A stretch of 64,000 nucleotides of DNA from an uncultured Verrucomicrobiae bacterium (lineage in GTDB: Bacteria; Verrucomicrobiota; Verrucomicrobiia; Limisphaerales; Palsa-1400): positions 32,001-96,000 of the forward strand of contig CAVXRD010000002.1 in assembly GCA_963764165.1 (NCBI GenBank), written 5' to 3'. The notes below the pieces were generated by a model that saw only the letters and a list, made by a program, of their open reading frames with translations, was not told where the DNA came from and did not search any database. A program made the translations under genes and the position numbers. This document shows positions 8,774 to 18,531 of this stretch, piece after piece (within the stretch, counting starts at the first letter, position 1; each line of letters begins with the position of its first letter).

Positions 8774-10906
8774 ATGTGCATTCAGATCATCAAATCGCGA
8801 CCGCGAACCTTCTTCTTGACATTCGCGCTGGGGGCCTTGTTTTGCGCTCCCGCGACAAGCTTTGCGCAGCCAGCCAATCCGTTTGCCACCGCCAGCACCC
8901 TCCCCCTTCAAGCGCCGCCGTTCGACAAAATCAAAGACACCGACTACCAGCCGGCTTTCGACGAAGCGATCAAGCAGCAATTGGCCGAGATAGAGCAAAT
9001 CGCCGATAATCCGGCCGAGCCCACCTTCGAGAATACGATTGTCGCCATCGAAAAATCCGGCCGCATGCTGGATCGCGTTTCCACGATCTTCAGCGCCATT
9101 GTCGGCGCGAACACCAGCGATGTTCTTGACAACACGCAAACCGTCGAAGCGCCAAAGCTCGCGGGGCAGCAAGACGCCATTTATCTCAACGCGAAGTTGT
9201 TCGCGCGCGTCGAGACTGTATACAGGAGCAGCGCGAAGAAAAAATTGGACCCGGAATCACGCCGCTTGCTGGAGGTTTACTACAGGCAGTTCCTGCACGC
9301 CGGCGCGGACCTGCCGGAAATGGACAAAGAGCGCCTTCGCGAGATCAACAAGGAAGACGCCAGCCTTGAAGCGGCCTTCCAACAAAAGCTGCTCGCCGGG
9401 ACCAAAGCGGGCGCGCTGGTTGTCGATGACCGCTCGAAATTGCGCGGCTTGACCGATGCCGAAATCAACGCCGCCTCCCACGCCGCCGAAGGCCGGGGAT
9501 TGACGAACAAGTATGTCGTCCCCTTGCAAAACACGACCCGCCAGCCTTCCCTTTCAGAGCTGGCCGATCGTTCCGTGCGCGAGCAGCTTTTTCACAACTC
9601 ATGGACGCGCACGGAGAAGGGCGACACCAATGACACTCGCGAGACGATTTTGAGAATCGCCAAATTGCGCGCGGAAAAAGCGCGCATGCTCGGTTACAAA
9701 AGCTTCGCCGAGTACGCGCTCTACGACCAGATGGTGAAGACCCCAAAGGAAGTCGACAAGTTCATCGGCCAGATGGCGCCCGCCACCCGCGCCAAGGCCA
9801 ATGACGAGGCGCGCCAGATTCAAGCTATGATTGACAAGTCCGGCGAGCATTTCGAGCTGAAGCCCTGGGATTGGGAACGCTATTCGGAAATGGTGCGCAA
9901 GGAAAAATACGACCTGAACCAGGACGAGCTGAAGCCCTACTTCGTCCTCGACAAGGTGCTCAAGGACGGCGTTTTTTACGCCGCGCATGAGCTTTACGGC
10001 CTCACATTCAAGGAACGCCACGACATTCCCGTCTACCAGGCGGATGTCCGCGTATTTGACGTGATGGACAAGGACGGGTCGCAGCTCGGCATGATCTATT
10101 TCGATTACTTCAAGCGCGACAACAAGTCAGGCGGCGCGTGGATGAATAATTTTGTCCAGCAATCGCATCTGCTTGGGACCAAGCCAGTGGTGTGCAACGT
10201 CGCCAACTTCCCCCAGCCCGCTCCCGGCGAGCCGGCGCTGCTGACGTTCAGCGATGTGACCACGATGTTTCACGAATTCGGCCACGCGCTGCATGGGCTT
10301 TTCGCCAACACAAAATATCCGAGCCTGGGCGGCGCGAACACCGCGCGCGATTGGGTCGAGTTCCCCTCGCAATTCAACGAGCACTGGGCGCTTTATCCCG
10401 AAGTGCTGAAGCACTACGCCGTCAATTATAAAACCGGCGAGACGATTTCTCCCGCCCTGGTGGAGAAGATCAAGAAATCCAGCACGTGGGGCGAAGGCTA
10501 CAATGTCGCTGAACTCCTCGCCGCTTGCGAGCTCGACATGCAGTGGCACGAATTTGCCGCTGGCGACGAACCGACTGATGTGGACTCCTTCGAGCAACAA
10601 GCGCTGGCCCGCACGCACACGGATTTTTCGATCGTTCCGCCCCGCTACCGCTCCAGCTATTTTATGCACATCTGGGCCAACGGCTACGCCGCCGGATACT
10701 ACGCCTACCAGTGGACCGTGATGCTTGACGACGACGCCTACGCCTGGTTCACGGCCCATGGCGGCATGACCCGCGCCAACGGCGAGCGTTTCCGCGACAT
10801 GATCCTATCGCGCGGCCAGACCGAGGATTACGCCAAAATGTTCCGCGCCTTCTACGGAAAGAAACCGGACATTGGGCCGCTGCTGGAAGATCGCGGGATG
10901 AAGTGA
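8774..10906 (+). CDS. dcp: M3 family peptidyl-dipeptidase Dcp, with signal peptide
   Basis: FHEFGHALH zinc motif, KSGGAWM, RDWVEFPSQ, GYAAGYYAY, N-terminal NPF..ASTLPLQAPPFD. Confidence 0.92.
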   Translation: MCIQIIKSRPRTFFLTFALGALFCAPATSFAQPANPFATASTLPLQAPPFDKIKDTDYQPAFDEAIKQQLAEIEQIADNPAEPTFENTIVAIEKSGRMLDRVSTIFSAIVGANTSDVLDNTQTVEAPKLAGQQDAIYLNAKLFARVETVYRSSAKKKLDPESRRLLEVYYRQFLHAGADLPEMDKERLREINKEDASLEAAFQQKLLAGTKAGALVVDDRSKLRGLTDAEINAASHAAEGRGLTNKYVVPLQNTTRQPSLSELADRSVREQLFHNSWTRTEKGDTNDTRETILRIAKLRAEKARMLGYKSFAEYALYDQMVKTPKEVDKFIGQMAPATRAKANDEARQIQAMIDKSGEHFELKPWDWERYSEMVRKEKYDLNQDELKPYFVLDKVLKDGVFYAAHELYGLTFKERHDIPVYQADVRVFDVMDKDGSQLGMIYFDYFKRDNKSGGAWMNNFVQQSHLLGTKPVVCNVANFPQPAPGEPALLTFSDVTTMFHEFGHALHGLFANTKYPSLGGANTARDWVEFPSQFNEHWALYPEVLKHYAVNYKTGETISPALVEKIKKSSTWGEGYNVAELLAACELDMQWHEFAAGDEPTDVDSFEQQALARTHTDFSIVPPRYRSSYFMHIWANGYAAGYYAYQWTVMLDDDAYAWFTAHGGMTRANGERFRDMILSRGQTEDYAKMFRAFYGKKPDIGPLLEDRGMK

Positions 10907-11433
10907 TGGACGGTTCCCAGATGCATTTGTATGATAGCATTGTGTTCTGCAACCGGCTCAAAAACAATCTTGGTCCCGCGGGCGCCGAGGGTTTTCAAGG
11001 GGAAATTGAGCTGTTTGCCGAAACAGTGAGCATAAATTCGTCCGGCGACGAAAAGAAGCGCCCGGCAGCACCGGCGGTGCGGCAAAGGCTACACACCGTG
11101 ATTGGATGCTTGGGCTACTTGGGATTCTGAAAAGTCTTCGTTACTGTTCCCTCGTGGAAGAATTGGATGACTCGGTTGCTGGCAACTTCGGACGGAACGG
11201 TGAAGTTGGGACTTTGCGAGTGGCGCAAGGCATCCAAGACTGCCGGGGTTGATTGATAGGCATCCTTCGCGTGATCGCCACGAAGGATCGCGCTGTGCCC
11301 TGGCAAGGCCAGGATGTTTGCCAGGGTGGCGGCGGCCAGGAGGAGCGGCCCTGTTTTTTGAATCCAGGAAGAGGCGAGCTCGGTTTCCCCAGCCCTCCCC
11401 CCGCCATGAGCTTCGGCTCTTGAGCGCGATAAA

Positions 11434-11685
11434 TTGAGTTTGGCCGAGGAGCCGGTGAAGGACGTCGTTTCCGGCAACCCCTTGTTCGAGCGGATGGAAC
11501 TGGCTCGGCGCGCGCTGGACTCGCTCTCGCCGGTGCATCGCGAGGTGCTGACATTGCGGTTTCTGGAGGACTTGAGCCTGGAGGAAATCGCCGAGACGCT
11601 CCGGTGCAAGCGCGGCACGGTCAAATCGCGATTGCATTACGCAAAGCTGGAGGCCCGAAAATCTTTGGAGGCGGCAAAATTATGA
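11434..11685 (+). pseudogene. ECF sigma factor remnant (region 4 only)
   Basis: LDSLSPVHREVLTLRFLEDLSLEEIAETLRCKRGTVKSRLHYA is sigma70 region 4. There is an in-frame TGA at 11407-11409 upstream and no recognisable region 2. Confidence 0.75.
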
Positions 11686-12140
11686 ACAGAAACCAGCAGC
11701 GCCAATTTGTGCAAGAGTTGCTCAATCAGATGCCGGCGCTCAATTCTGACAAGTACAAACTCTACCGCAAGGAACTGGACGAAAAGCTTGCTCGCGCGCG
11801 AAATGAGGAAAAGTCGATGCGGCGAATTGTGGTGGCGGCGTGGGTGGGAGCCGTTCTGCTCTTCACGGCGGCGGGGATCAAGGGCTATCATGCCGGGACG
11901 CCGCCCGCGCAATATCCCGAGTGGCTCGTGCTCTCGCTGATCACCGTCGTGTTGCTGGTTCCGCCGGTGGCGTTGGTGCTGCTGGCCTTCTACCTTTTCA
12001 AATATCGGCGGCGGGTTCATCGCGCCGAGACCGACGCGCAACAAGCGGCGCTCGGAGAACTCCAGCGGCAATTAAACGAATTGCGCGCGCAATTGCCGCC
12101 GGGTGCGGCGAATCAACCTCCCACCGCGCCTGAAAAATGA
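11682..12140 (+). CDS. Two-TM membrane protein, putative anti-sigma factor
   Basis: ATGA overlap with the sigma stop; charged N-terminal helix, two TM segments and a coiled C-terminus. Confidence 0.6.
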   Translation: MNRNQQRQFVQELLNQMPALNSDKYKLYRKELDEKLARARNEEKSMRRIVVAAWVGAVLLFTAAGIKGYHAGTPPAQYPEWLVLSLITVVLLVPPVALVLLAFYLFKYRRRVHRAETDAQQAALGELQRQLNELRAQLPPGAANQPPTAPEK

Positions 12141-12865
12141 AACGCAATGCATTCACCTTGGTGGAAATGCTGACGGTCGTTGCGATCACCGCCGCGCTGG
12201 CCGCTTTGTTGTTGACTGGATTGGGCGGGGCCAGGGCGCAGGCGCTGGCGGCGTCCTGCCGGAATAATCTTGGGCAGATCGCGAAGGCGCTGGCGCTTTA
12301 CGCGGCTGATTTCCGACAATATCCCGGCACGCGCGATTTGCCGTCCGGGATTCCTCCAAGCGGGGCGGATGACTGGAAGGATATCTGGAATTGCCGGCTG
12401 TTGCCATACGTTTCAGCGGGGCGATCCGTATTCCTTTGCCCGCTTGATCCAACGCCTCACGTCTTACCGCATTTTTCGCTGACGAATTACAGCTATGGAT
12501 ACAATGCTTACGGCAGCGGCGTGCCGCCAAGCACGTTGAAATTGGGTCTCGGCCACATCCAATCTCCGGGAAGCGAAACATCCACGGTGATTCTTGCGGT
12601 AACCGACGCCCAGATCATCGCGCCTTCTGACATGATCGCAGTGGGGGATTTGAACGATTTGTACAGCGTTTTCACGGTGACGATTTGGCCGGTTTCCTCC
12701 GCCCCTTTCGCTGGCGGGCCGGCCGCGCGGCACAGCGGCGGGGCGAACATGGTTTTTTGCGATGGCCATGCTGAATTTGCAAAACAGAAAAACTGGATTG
12801 AGGAAACGGATCTTGCCCGGCGCCGTTGGAACAATGATCACGAGGCTCATCGGGAAACATGGTGA
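12137..12865 (+). CDS. Prepilin-type N-methylation / H-X9-DG (DUF1559-like) protein
   Basis: AFTLVEMLTVVAI; CRNNLGQI; H-SGGANMVFC-DG. Confidence 0.9.
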   Translation: MKRNAFTLVEMLTVVAITAALAALLLTGLGGARAQALAASCRNNLGQIAKALALYAADFRQYPGTRDLPSGIPPSGADDWKDIWNCRLLPYVSAGRSVFLCPLDPTPHVLPHFSLTNYSYGYNAYGSGVPPSTLKLGLGHIQSPGSETSTVILAVTDAQIIAPSDMIAVGDLNDLYSVFTVTIWPVSSAPFAGGPAARHSGGANMVFCDGHAEFAKQKNWIEETDLARRRWNNDHEAHRETW

Positions 12866-12976
12866 ACGATGAGTCTGAACTCATGGCGGGCACCGGCTGA
12901 GTTCAGCAAGCGGCCTCTCCTGATTTTCGGGCGCTGCCCCGATGGCGCTCGCTCGATTGTTCGGCGAGGGTGGGGT

Positions 12977-13396
12977 ATGAATACGAAAAAGCTTCTCTTG
13001 AAAGCGGGCAGCGGGACATTCGCCACGGCGGCTGTGATCGCTGGATTGTTGAGCGGAAACGCAGCGCATGCCCAAGACCTGCATGCCTCCATCAATGTAA
13101 ACGTTGCGCCCACAGTCGCGCCGAACACGTTTGACGCAAAGGACGATTACGTTTATTACCCGGCGCAAAACGTCTATTACAGCAAGCATCATCATCGTTA
13201 TGCCTACATAAAAAACAATGCGTGGGTGACAGCGGCAACTCCTCCCGGTGTGACGGTCGAAGCGCTTCAGGCGGCTCCTTCGGTGAACCTGGATTTTCAC
13301 GATTCACCCGCTCTTCACCATGCGGATATCGTCAAAAAATATCCACGAGACTGGAAGCCGGAGCACAGGGATGAACGGCGCGATGACCGGCATTAA
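12977..13396 (+). CDS. Small secreted protein
   Basis: Signal-like MNTKKLLLK...AAHA; DDYVYYPAQNVYYS motif; followed by a terminator. Confidence 0.7.
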   Translation: MNTKKLLLKAGSGTFATAAVIAGLLSGNAAHAQDLHASINVNVAPTVAPNTFDAKDDYVYYPAQNVYYSKHHHRYAYIKNNAWVTAATPPGVTVEALQAAPSVNLDFHDSPALHHADIVKKYPRDWKPEHRDERRDDRH

Positions 13397-13411
13397 TCCG
13401 GCCTCGGGCTG

Positions 13412-13440
13412 GACGCCTCAGTTAAGGCGTCTCTTTTTTT
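13412..13440 (+). terminator. Rho-independent terminator
   Basis: GACGCCT-cagtta-AGGCGTC followed by a T run, between convergent genes. Confidence 0.75.
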
Positions 13441-13452
13441 GCGCGGACGTCC

Positions 13453-14346
13453 TTACGGATTGACGGTGCTGGCGTAGCCCGTGGCAACGTAAAGGACGTC
13501 TTGCGGGCAGCTCGTAATGGTGGGGGCGGCAGAGGTGAAGTACTTGCCAGGATTCATATTCAATGCGAAAGCGATCATGATCGGGTTGAGCCAGCGATGC
13601 GTTTCGACGTGCCCGTCCGTGAAGGAGAAAGTGCTGTTCTGCAGATGCCAGGCGGCGGTGGAATCCTCGAGCGCGGCGCCAGACCAGCGCGGTGGCGATC
13701 CCAAGTCGTCTTGTTCCCAAGAGCCCTCATTTTCCATGCGCGGATCGTTTTCCTCGACGAACACAAAACGTCCGCTTGAGTGCTGAATGTCCTTTTGCTT
13801 GAACAAACTTTGACCGCTCGCCCCATTCAACCCGCCCGCGCCCGAATAGCTTCCCCACGCAAAATAGCCGGGGGCGGTCGAGGCTGCGGTCGAGATGTTC
13901 GGGCCCACAGGACTGTTGACGCGAAGATCGGCCGGGCAATGAATGACATTCATATTGGGCGCATAAGGCCAGAAGCCTGCTTCGAGATAGGATGCCTGCA
14001 TTTCCAGGATATGCTGCTCCAGTGGAGATGTATTCGGAGGAATCGTTACTCGGTTGGGATTGTAATCGGAACAGCGCCAGGAAACGACAGTCGAGGTGTA
14101 TGACTGAGGGTCCATGTTGATCAAATTATCCCGGTTATCGTTGGCATACTGGATCCACGCTGCCACGAGTTGCTTCTGGTTGCTTAGGCAAGTGGCGGTC
14201 ATTGCCTCCTGCTTGGACTTGGCCAGGGCAGGAAGAAGCAGAGAGGCCAGAATGGCAATGATGGCGATGACCACCAGCAATTCGATGAGCGTGAAACCTG
14301 ATCTTAGCCGGTCAGGCGGTGGATGTGAAAAATGTTTATGGCCCAT
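13453..14346 (-). CDS. Prepilin-type N-methylation / H-X9-DG protein
   Basis: [45 protein letters not shown]. Start placed at ATG 14346. Confidence 0.9.
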   Translation of the reverse strand: MGHKHFSHPPPDRLRSGFTLIELLVVIAIIAILASLLLPALAKSKQEAMTATCLSNQKQLVAAWIQYANDNRDNLINMDPQSYTSTVVSWRCSDYNPNRVTIPPNTSPLEQHILEMQASYLEAGFWPYAPNMNVIHCPADLRVNSPVGPNISTAASTAPGYFAWGSYSGAGGLNGASGQSLFKQKDIQHSSGRFVFVEENDPRMENEGSWEQDDLGSPPRWSGAALEDSTAAWHLQNSTFSFTDGHVETHRWLNPIMIAFALNMNPGKYFTSAAPTITSCPQDVLYVATGYASTVNP

Positions 14347-14587
14347 AACGCTTGAACGCTTTGGCGCCGATTGAGAAGGGCGCACCGATATCCCAAAGCG
14401 ACGCGCCCGCTCACGCAAACACCGCATTTTTATTTGATACATTCGCAAACGCCTGCACCTCAATACGCTTTCGGTCTTTTTTTTGAATGCAGACGGCGAC
14501 GATTCGAGTAAAGGGTGGCCTCCTAGGGGCGCCATGTCAAGTTATTTTGCCCACGCGCATTGGAATCGGGCCTGATTAGAAGTGCAA

Positions 14588-14681
14588 GCGCGGCCGCGTC
14601 GCAGACCACCCGCAGAAATACCCGAGAGACCCGCTGGATGATCCGAGGATTGCTGCGGCTGGTCTGCGACACCGCCGCGCT
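14588..14681. repeat. Degenerate copy of the REP-like inverted-repeat element at 2925-3013
   Basis: GCGCGGCCGCGTCGCAGACCACCCGCAG ... TGCTGCGGCTGGTCTGCGACACCGCCGCGC. Confidence 0.7.
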
Positions 14682-14942
14682 CCGCCTGTCGGCCTGCATC
14701 CATCACCCACTTTCAATCACACCAATTGGGATCTCCGTTTTCGCCCTGACGAGGCCAAAATACGCAGCAAAACAATCGCGAAACGTTTTGACACGAGGGA
14801 GTCAAGCCGATACTGTTCTTGCGCAGATGAACGCACGCCGGCCGGTTTCCGCTGAGCGCGGATCTCCTTCCGATGGGATGCTTGCCGGTAAACCTATCCG
14901 GAGACGGCCTCCGGGAAAAAATAGTTTGGAAATCGTTTCAAC

Positions 14943-17255
14943 ATGAAAATGCTCGCCGTTTTTAAACGCTGCCTGACGCTGGCGGCCGGTCTCGTTATCG
15001 CGGTTAACCACGCCCGAGGGGGTTCTTTGTCGTTTACGGACACATGGAAAGACAAGGGCAGCTACAGCGCCTACAATCAGGCTTCTTACGTCAGTTCCAC
15101 GGGATCCTTCACCACTTCAATTTCGCTGCCGCTGGATGGTCTGCTTGATACATCCGAAGTTGATTCAAACTCGGTATTTTCATTGTCTATTGGGCCTGTC
15201 GGGAGCCCTGTGCGAATTGTTTCCGGCACGCTGGGGGATAATAGCACTTATACTTTGGGAAAGAAATCAGCGGTGTTTCCGGTGTATGGAAGCGACGCCA
15301 ATGGCGACCAGATCACCATTGGCAGCATTCATCTTAGTTGGACGAGCACAACCATAACGATTAGTGGATCAGCCACCGCCGACCTTTTAGGGGAGGAGTC
15401 GAGCTTTTTGAGTTCTTCCGGGGGGAATCCAACTAATACGCCGATCAACGGTTTCTACGAAGTAGACGTTTCCTTTGATGCCTCGGACAATGATGGAGGC
15501 ACATTTGGTTATACCAACGAGTATGTTTCAGTGACCGGAAGCGACAGGGAAACTGAATATCCCTCTGCTACCAATAATCAGGAATCCTTGGAGTCCGGTT
15601 CTATCACGGGGACAGCCAATTTGACTCCCCCGAAGTTGACGATCACCTCTCCGTCCTCAAGCTACCAAGTGAACGATGCCAATTATTCCACGCTCGTTCT
15701 GGCAGGAACCGCCAGCGGCCACCTGCCCATCCAAAGCTTGACTGTCACAGTGAACGGACATGCGGATGCTGTGCCGATTGACACGGGAGAGGACACATTG
15801 CCCACGAACTCGGTGCATTGGACGACGGAGGCGATTGATTTGAGTTCTTACGGCGGGCCGGGCGCTAATGCCGTCACGATATATGCCACTGACGTAGCCG
15901 GAAATGTGGCCGAGGTCACGAGGACCTTCAAGTGGACCGAAGCGAACCGCATCATCGTGCAGGTCAGTCCGGCAAATGCCGGCAAAGTGACGGGCATCAA
16001 GAGCAATGAGCTGCTGACTGTGGGGCTGCGTTATCCGGTAAAAGCAACTCCAGCGAATAAGAACTGGATTTTCGCAGGCTGGACAGATGGCTCCGGCAAT
16101 CTGATCACGGATAGCTTAAGCTTTGATTACCTGGATGATGATCTTACGTTCACGAATGGCCCATCTCCGGTGCTGATTGCCAATTTCGTGGCGAACCCCT
16201 TTCAGACGGGTTTGGCGGGAACGTACACCGGACTCTACTTCGACACCGACGGGGCCACTCTTGATGACAGCGGGTCTATAGCGATCACGGTTTCAAAGAC
16301 AGGATCCTTTTCTGGAAAGCTTGTCTACGCGCAGAATGGCAAGTCCTACAGTTTTTCGGGGCAGTTTGCGTCGTCGTTGGATGGCACAATGGAATCTGCA
16401 TACGAATCGATCAAGATTTCGTCCGAGACCAATCTTGCCATGTCGATCGAGTTAACCAACTCAGACACCGGACTCATGAGCGGCTATGTTTATTACCCGG
16501 GCGCCATCTCGGAAGCCGAGATACAGGGACGCATGTCAGCCGCCAACGACGGAATCATTCCAGGTCTGCGCAATTTGTACATTGGAATCGTCTCGTCTGA
16601 TCCTTCCGCCGGACCCGGCGGATATAGTTACGGCAGCGCTACCGTGAGCACGGCAGGCGCTGTTGCTTATTCGCTGCATCTGGCGGACGGCGTGTCGCCA
16701 GCGATTTCGTTCAGCAGCGGCGTTGGCTCGGACGGATTGAGCCCGGTTTTTGCTTCTCTTTCCAAGGGCAAAGGAATGATTCTTGGCTGGGCACAGTTTG
16801 CAACCAACGGCAGCGGTGGAATGGAGACGAATACCCTTACGTGGGACGAGGACTTCTCGGGTTCGAGTTCCACATATACAAATGATTTTGGCTCGACGGC
16901 GGTTATTTCCGGAGACTTTTACGCGCCGCCGAAGGCAGGCGCAAACATCTTTGGCGAGGGAGTCACTTCCGTAACGCTGAGTGTCGATGCTAATTACTCA
17001 GGCTTAACTCTCGAGGACGCAGTGGATTACACCCTCGGTTTCAATCATGTCAAGAATACCTTTACCAACGGGGCCGCCACCCTGAAATGGACGCCATCAA
17101 CAGGCGCATTCACCGGGACCATTCCTTGGACCGGCCGGAAAACGTTTACGGTTAGCGGCGTGATCGTCGACGATCTCGGGTATGGATTTTACACGAATCC
17201 AACCAACAAAGAAACGGGACCGATTCTGATCATCCCGAACGCACCTGGCGATTAG
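14943..17255 (+). CDS. Secreted Ser/Thr/Gly-rich beta-sheet surface protein (Ig-like plus InlB-B-repeat-like domain)
   Basis: Signal peptide ending NHARG; PPKLTITSP Ig-like unit; ATPANKNWIFAGWTDG repeat-like motif. Confidence 0.65.
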   Translation: MKMLAVFKRCLTLAAGLVIAVNHARGGSLSFTDTWKDKGSYSAYNQASYVSSTGSFTTSISLPLDGLLDTSEVDSNSVFSLSIGPVGSPVRIVSGTLGDNSTYTLGKKSAVFPVYGSDANGDQITIGSIHLSWTSTTITISGSATADLLGEESSFLSSSGGNPTNTPINGFYEVDVSFDASDNDGGTFGYTNEYVSVTGSDRETEYPSATNNQESLESGSITGTANLTPPKLTITSPSSSYQVNDANYSTLVLAGTASGHLPIQSLTVTVNGHADAVPIDTGEDTLPTNSVHWTTEAIDLSSYGGPGANAVTIYATDVAGNVAEVTRTFKWTEANRIIVQVSPANAGKVTGIKSNELLTVGLRYPVKATPANKNWIFAGWTDGSGNLITDSLSFDYLDDDLTFTNGPSPVLIANFVANPFQTGLAGTYTGLYFDTDGATLDDSGSIAITVSKTGSFSGKLVYAQNGKSYSFSGQFASSLDGTMESAYESIKISSETNLAMSIELTNSDTGLMSGYVYYPGAISEAEIQGRMSAANDGIIPGLRNLYIGIVSSDPSAGPGGYSYGSATVSTAGAVAYSLHLADGVSPAISFSSGVGSDGLSPVFASLSKGKGMILGWAQFATNGSGGMETNTLTWDEDFSGSSSTYTNDFGSTAVISGDFYAPPKAGANIFGEGVTSVTLSVDANYSGLTLEDAVDYTLGFNHVKNTFTNGAATLKWTPSTGAFTGTIPWTGRKTFTVSGVIVDDLGYGFYTNPTNKETGPILIIPNAPGD

Positions 17256-17622
17256 CGGAAACGCCATCGTCCTCAAGTCTTTCTCGGGAATCGGCGATAT
17301 TATCGTGGGAGATTGCATTCCCACGGTGGAGGTTGAGCATCCCCCTGGGCTTTGCGGACTTTTCCCATTTGAAATCTAAAAGACCGATATGACCGTTTCC
17401 AACAGCACATCGAATTTCAGCACGCAGGTTTCGCCAAGCAGCGCGGCTTCCGTCGCGCAGCTTCATGCGAGGGCCTGATTAGGGCTTCTATCAGATCCCT
17501 CCGCGTTTTCAATGGGGTGCGGATGTGTCTTTGGGTTCCTCTACGCAACTTCTCCGCCGGCGATGTTGAACCAATTCCCCCTTGCGCCAGCTTTGCCGTG
17601 GCAAATAGGCTCGTGAAAAGGC

Positions 17623-17656
17623 TTGCCGTTTGCCGTCACTTTGCCAAAATGCGCGC
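17623..17656 (+). promoter_or_regulatory. Probable stable-RNA promoter of the tRNA-Lys locus
   Basis: TTGCCG-16 nt-CAAAAT followed by a GC-rich discriminator GCGCGC, about 20 nt upstream of the tRNA 5' end. Confidence 0.5.
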
Positions 17657-17670
17657 TGGTCTGACATTTT

Positions 17671-17711
17671 GCCTCGGTAGCTCAGTTGGTCAGAGCAGTT
17701 GACTCTTAATC
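17671..17711 (+). tRNA. tRNA-Lys(CTT) 5' fragment (truncated; ICE attachment site)
   Basis: GCCTCGG TA GCTC AGTTGGTCA GAGC A GTTGA CT CTT AA TC gives the acceptor 5' strand, D-arm and anticodon loop. No T-arm (GGTTCGA) or CCGAGGC acceptor 3' strand follows. Confidence 0.88.
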
Positions 17712-17733
17712 GAAAAATGCCCATTTTGCTATT

Positions 17734-17861
17734 TTTATCCATCGACATCAATCGAATGCTTCATTCACGACATCAACGAGTTACACGTCTTTCCGCTTTA
17801 TCCATATTTATCAATTTTTTGCTTCAAAATCTCCAAACCGTATAGAAAAGCAGTATAGAAA
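17734..17861. promoter_or_regulatory. att arm: IHF-like sites and tandem direct repeats (putative integrase arm-type sites)
   Basis: TATCAATTTTTTG at 17809-17821 is an exact WATCAANNNNTTR match; CATCAACGAGTTA at 17771-17783 is a near match; GTATAGAAA at 17840-17848 and 17853-17861; TTTATCCAT and CGACATCAA each occur twice. Confidence 0.65.
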
Positions 17862-18272
17862 CTGCGCAGCCCACCGAAAGGCCGACTCAAAATGAAATCT
17901 GTCAAGAGAAATGGTTTTCGTTTGGCATCATGTCAGCATAAGAGTCCATATTCCCCAATCATGGGCACGCGATAAATCGCCTCGGTCGCCCAAATCTTCT
18001 TCCAGGCATCGCCCCAAAATAGTTAGGGCTTCGACAGGCGAATTGGTGGGGGCATTGGAGGAATTACAACAGCCCCGAACCGCATAACACTAAAAGAGGT
18101 TCCGCCCGCTTCCTGACCCCCCCTTACCCAAACAACTCGGCCAGCGCCGAGAGAGCGAGGTTTGTAACGAACTCTAAACGCCGTCAGGACGGCGGCTGAT
18201 AGAGCATTGAATCGGCTGGGGGCCTGGGACGGGAACAACGGAGGAATCAAATATCAGACGAAAGCCCGAACG

Positions 18273-18500
18273 TCACTCATTGGTTGCCTCGCCATCTTTA
18301 GAGGATTGAGGAAGCAAAATGTGGTCTGGACACTTCAAACTTAACAAAGGATCGTAAGAGGACGGAAAGTCGTTTTCGTCAGTCGGGTTCGAGGGATGCC
18401 GCGATTCGTAGCGCCACGCAAGAGGCACACCGATAACGACAACAAAAAAACCAACGACACAAATCACAGTAAAAATCATAAGCCCCCCGACAAAAAGCAT
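18273..18500 (-). CDS. Small single-TM membrane protein
   Basis: Long hydrophobic N-terminus; lies directly downstream of virB6, so it could be an entry-exclusion factor (speculative). Confidence 0.4.
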   Translation of the reverse strand: MLFVGGLMIFTVICVVGFFVVVIGVPLAWRYESRHPSNPTDENDFPSSYDPLLSLKCPDHILLPQSSKDGEATNE

Positions 18501-18531
18501 AGCATGACAACCTCACTCTGTCACCGCGATA

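Noticed and set aside
17979..17986. GCCTCGGT matching the tRNA 5' end
   Set aside because: Only 8 bp, which is compatible with chance.
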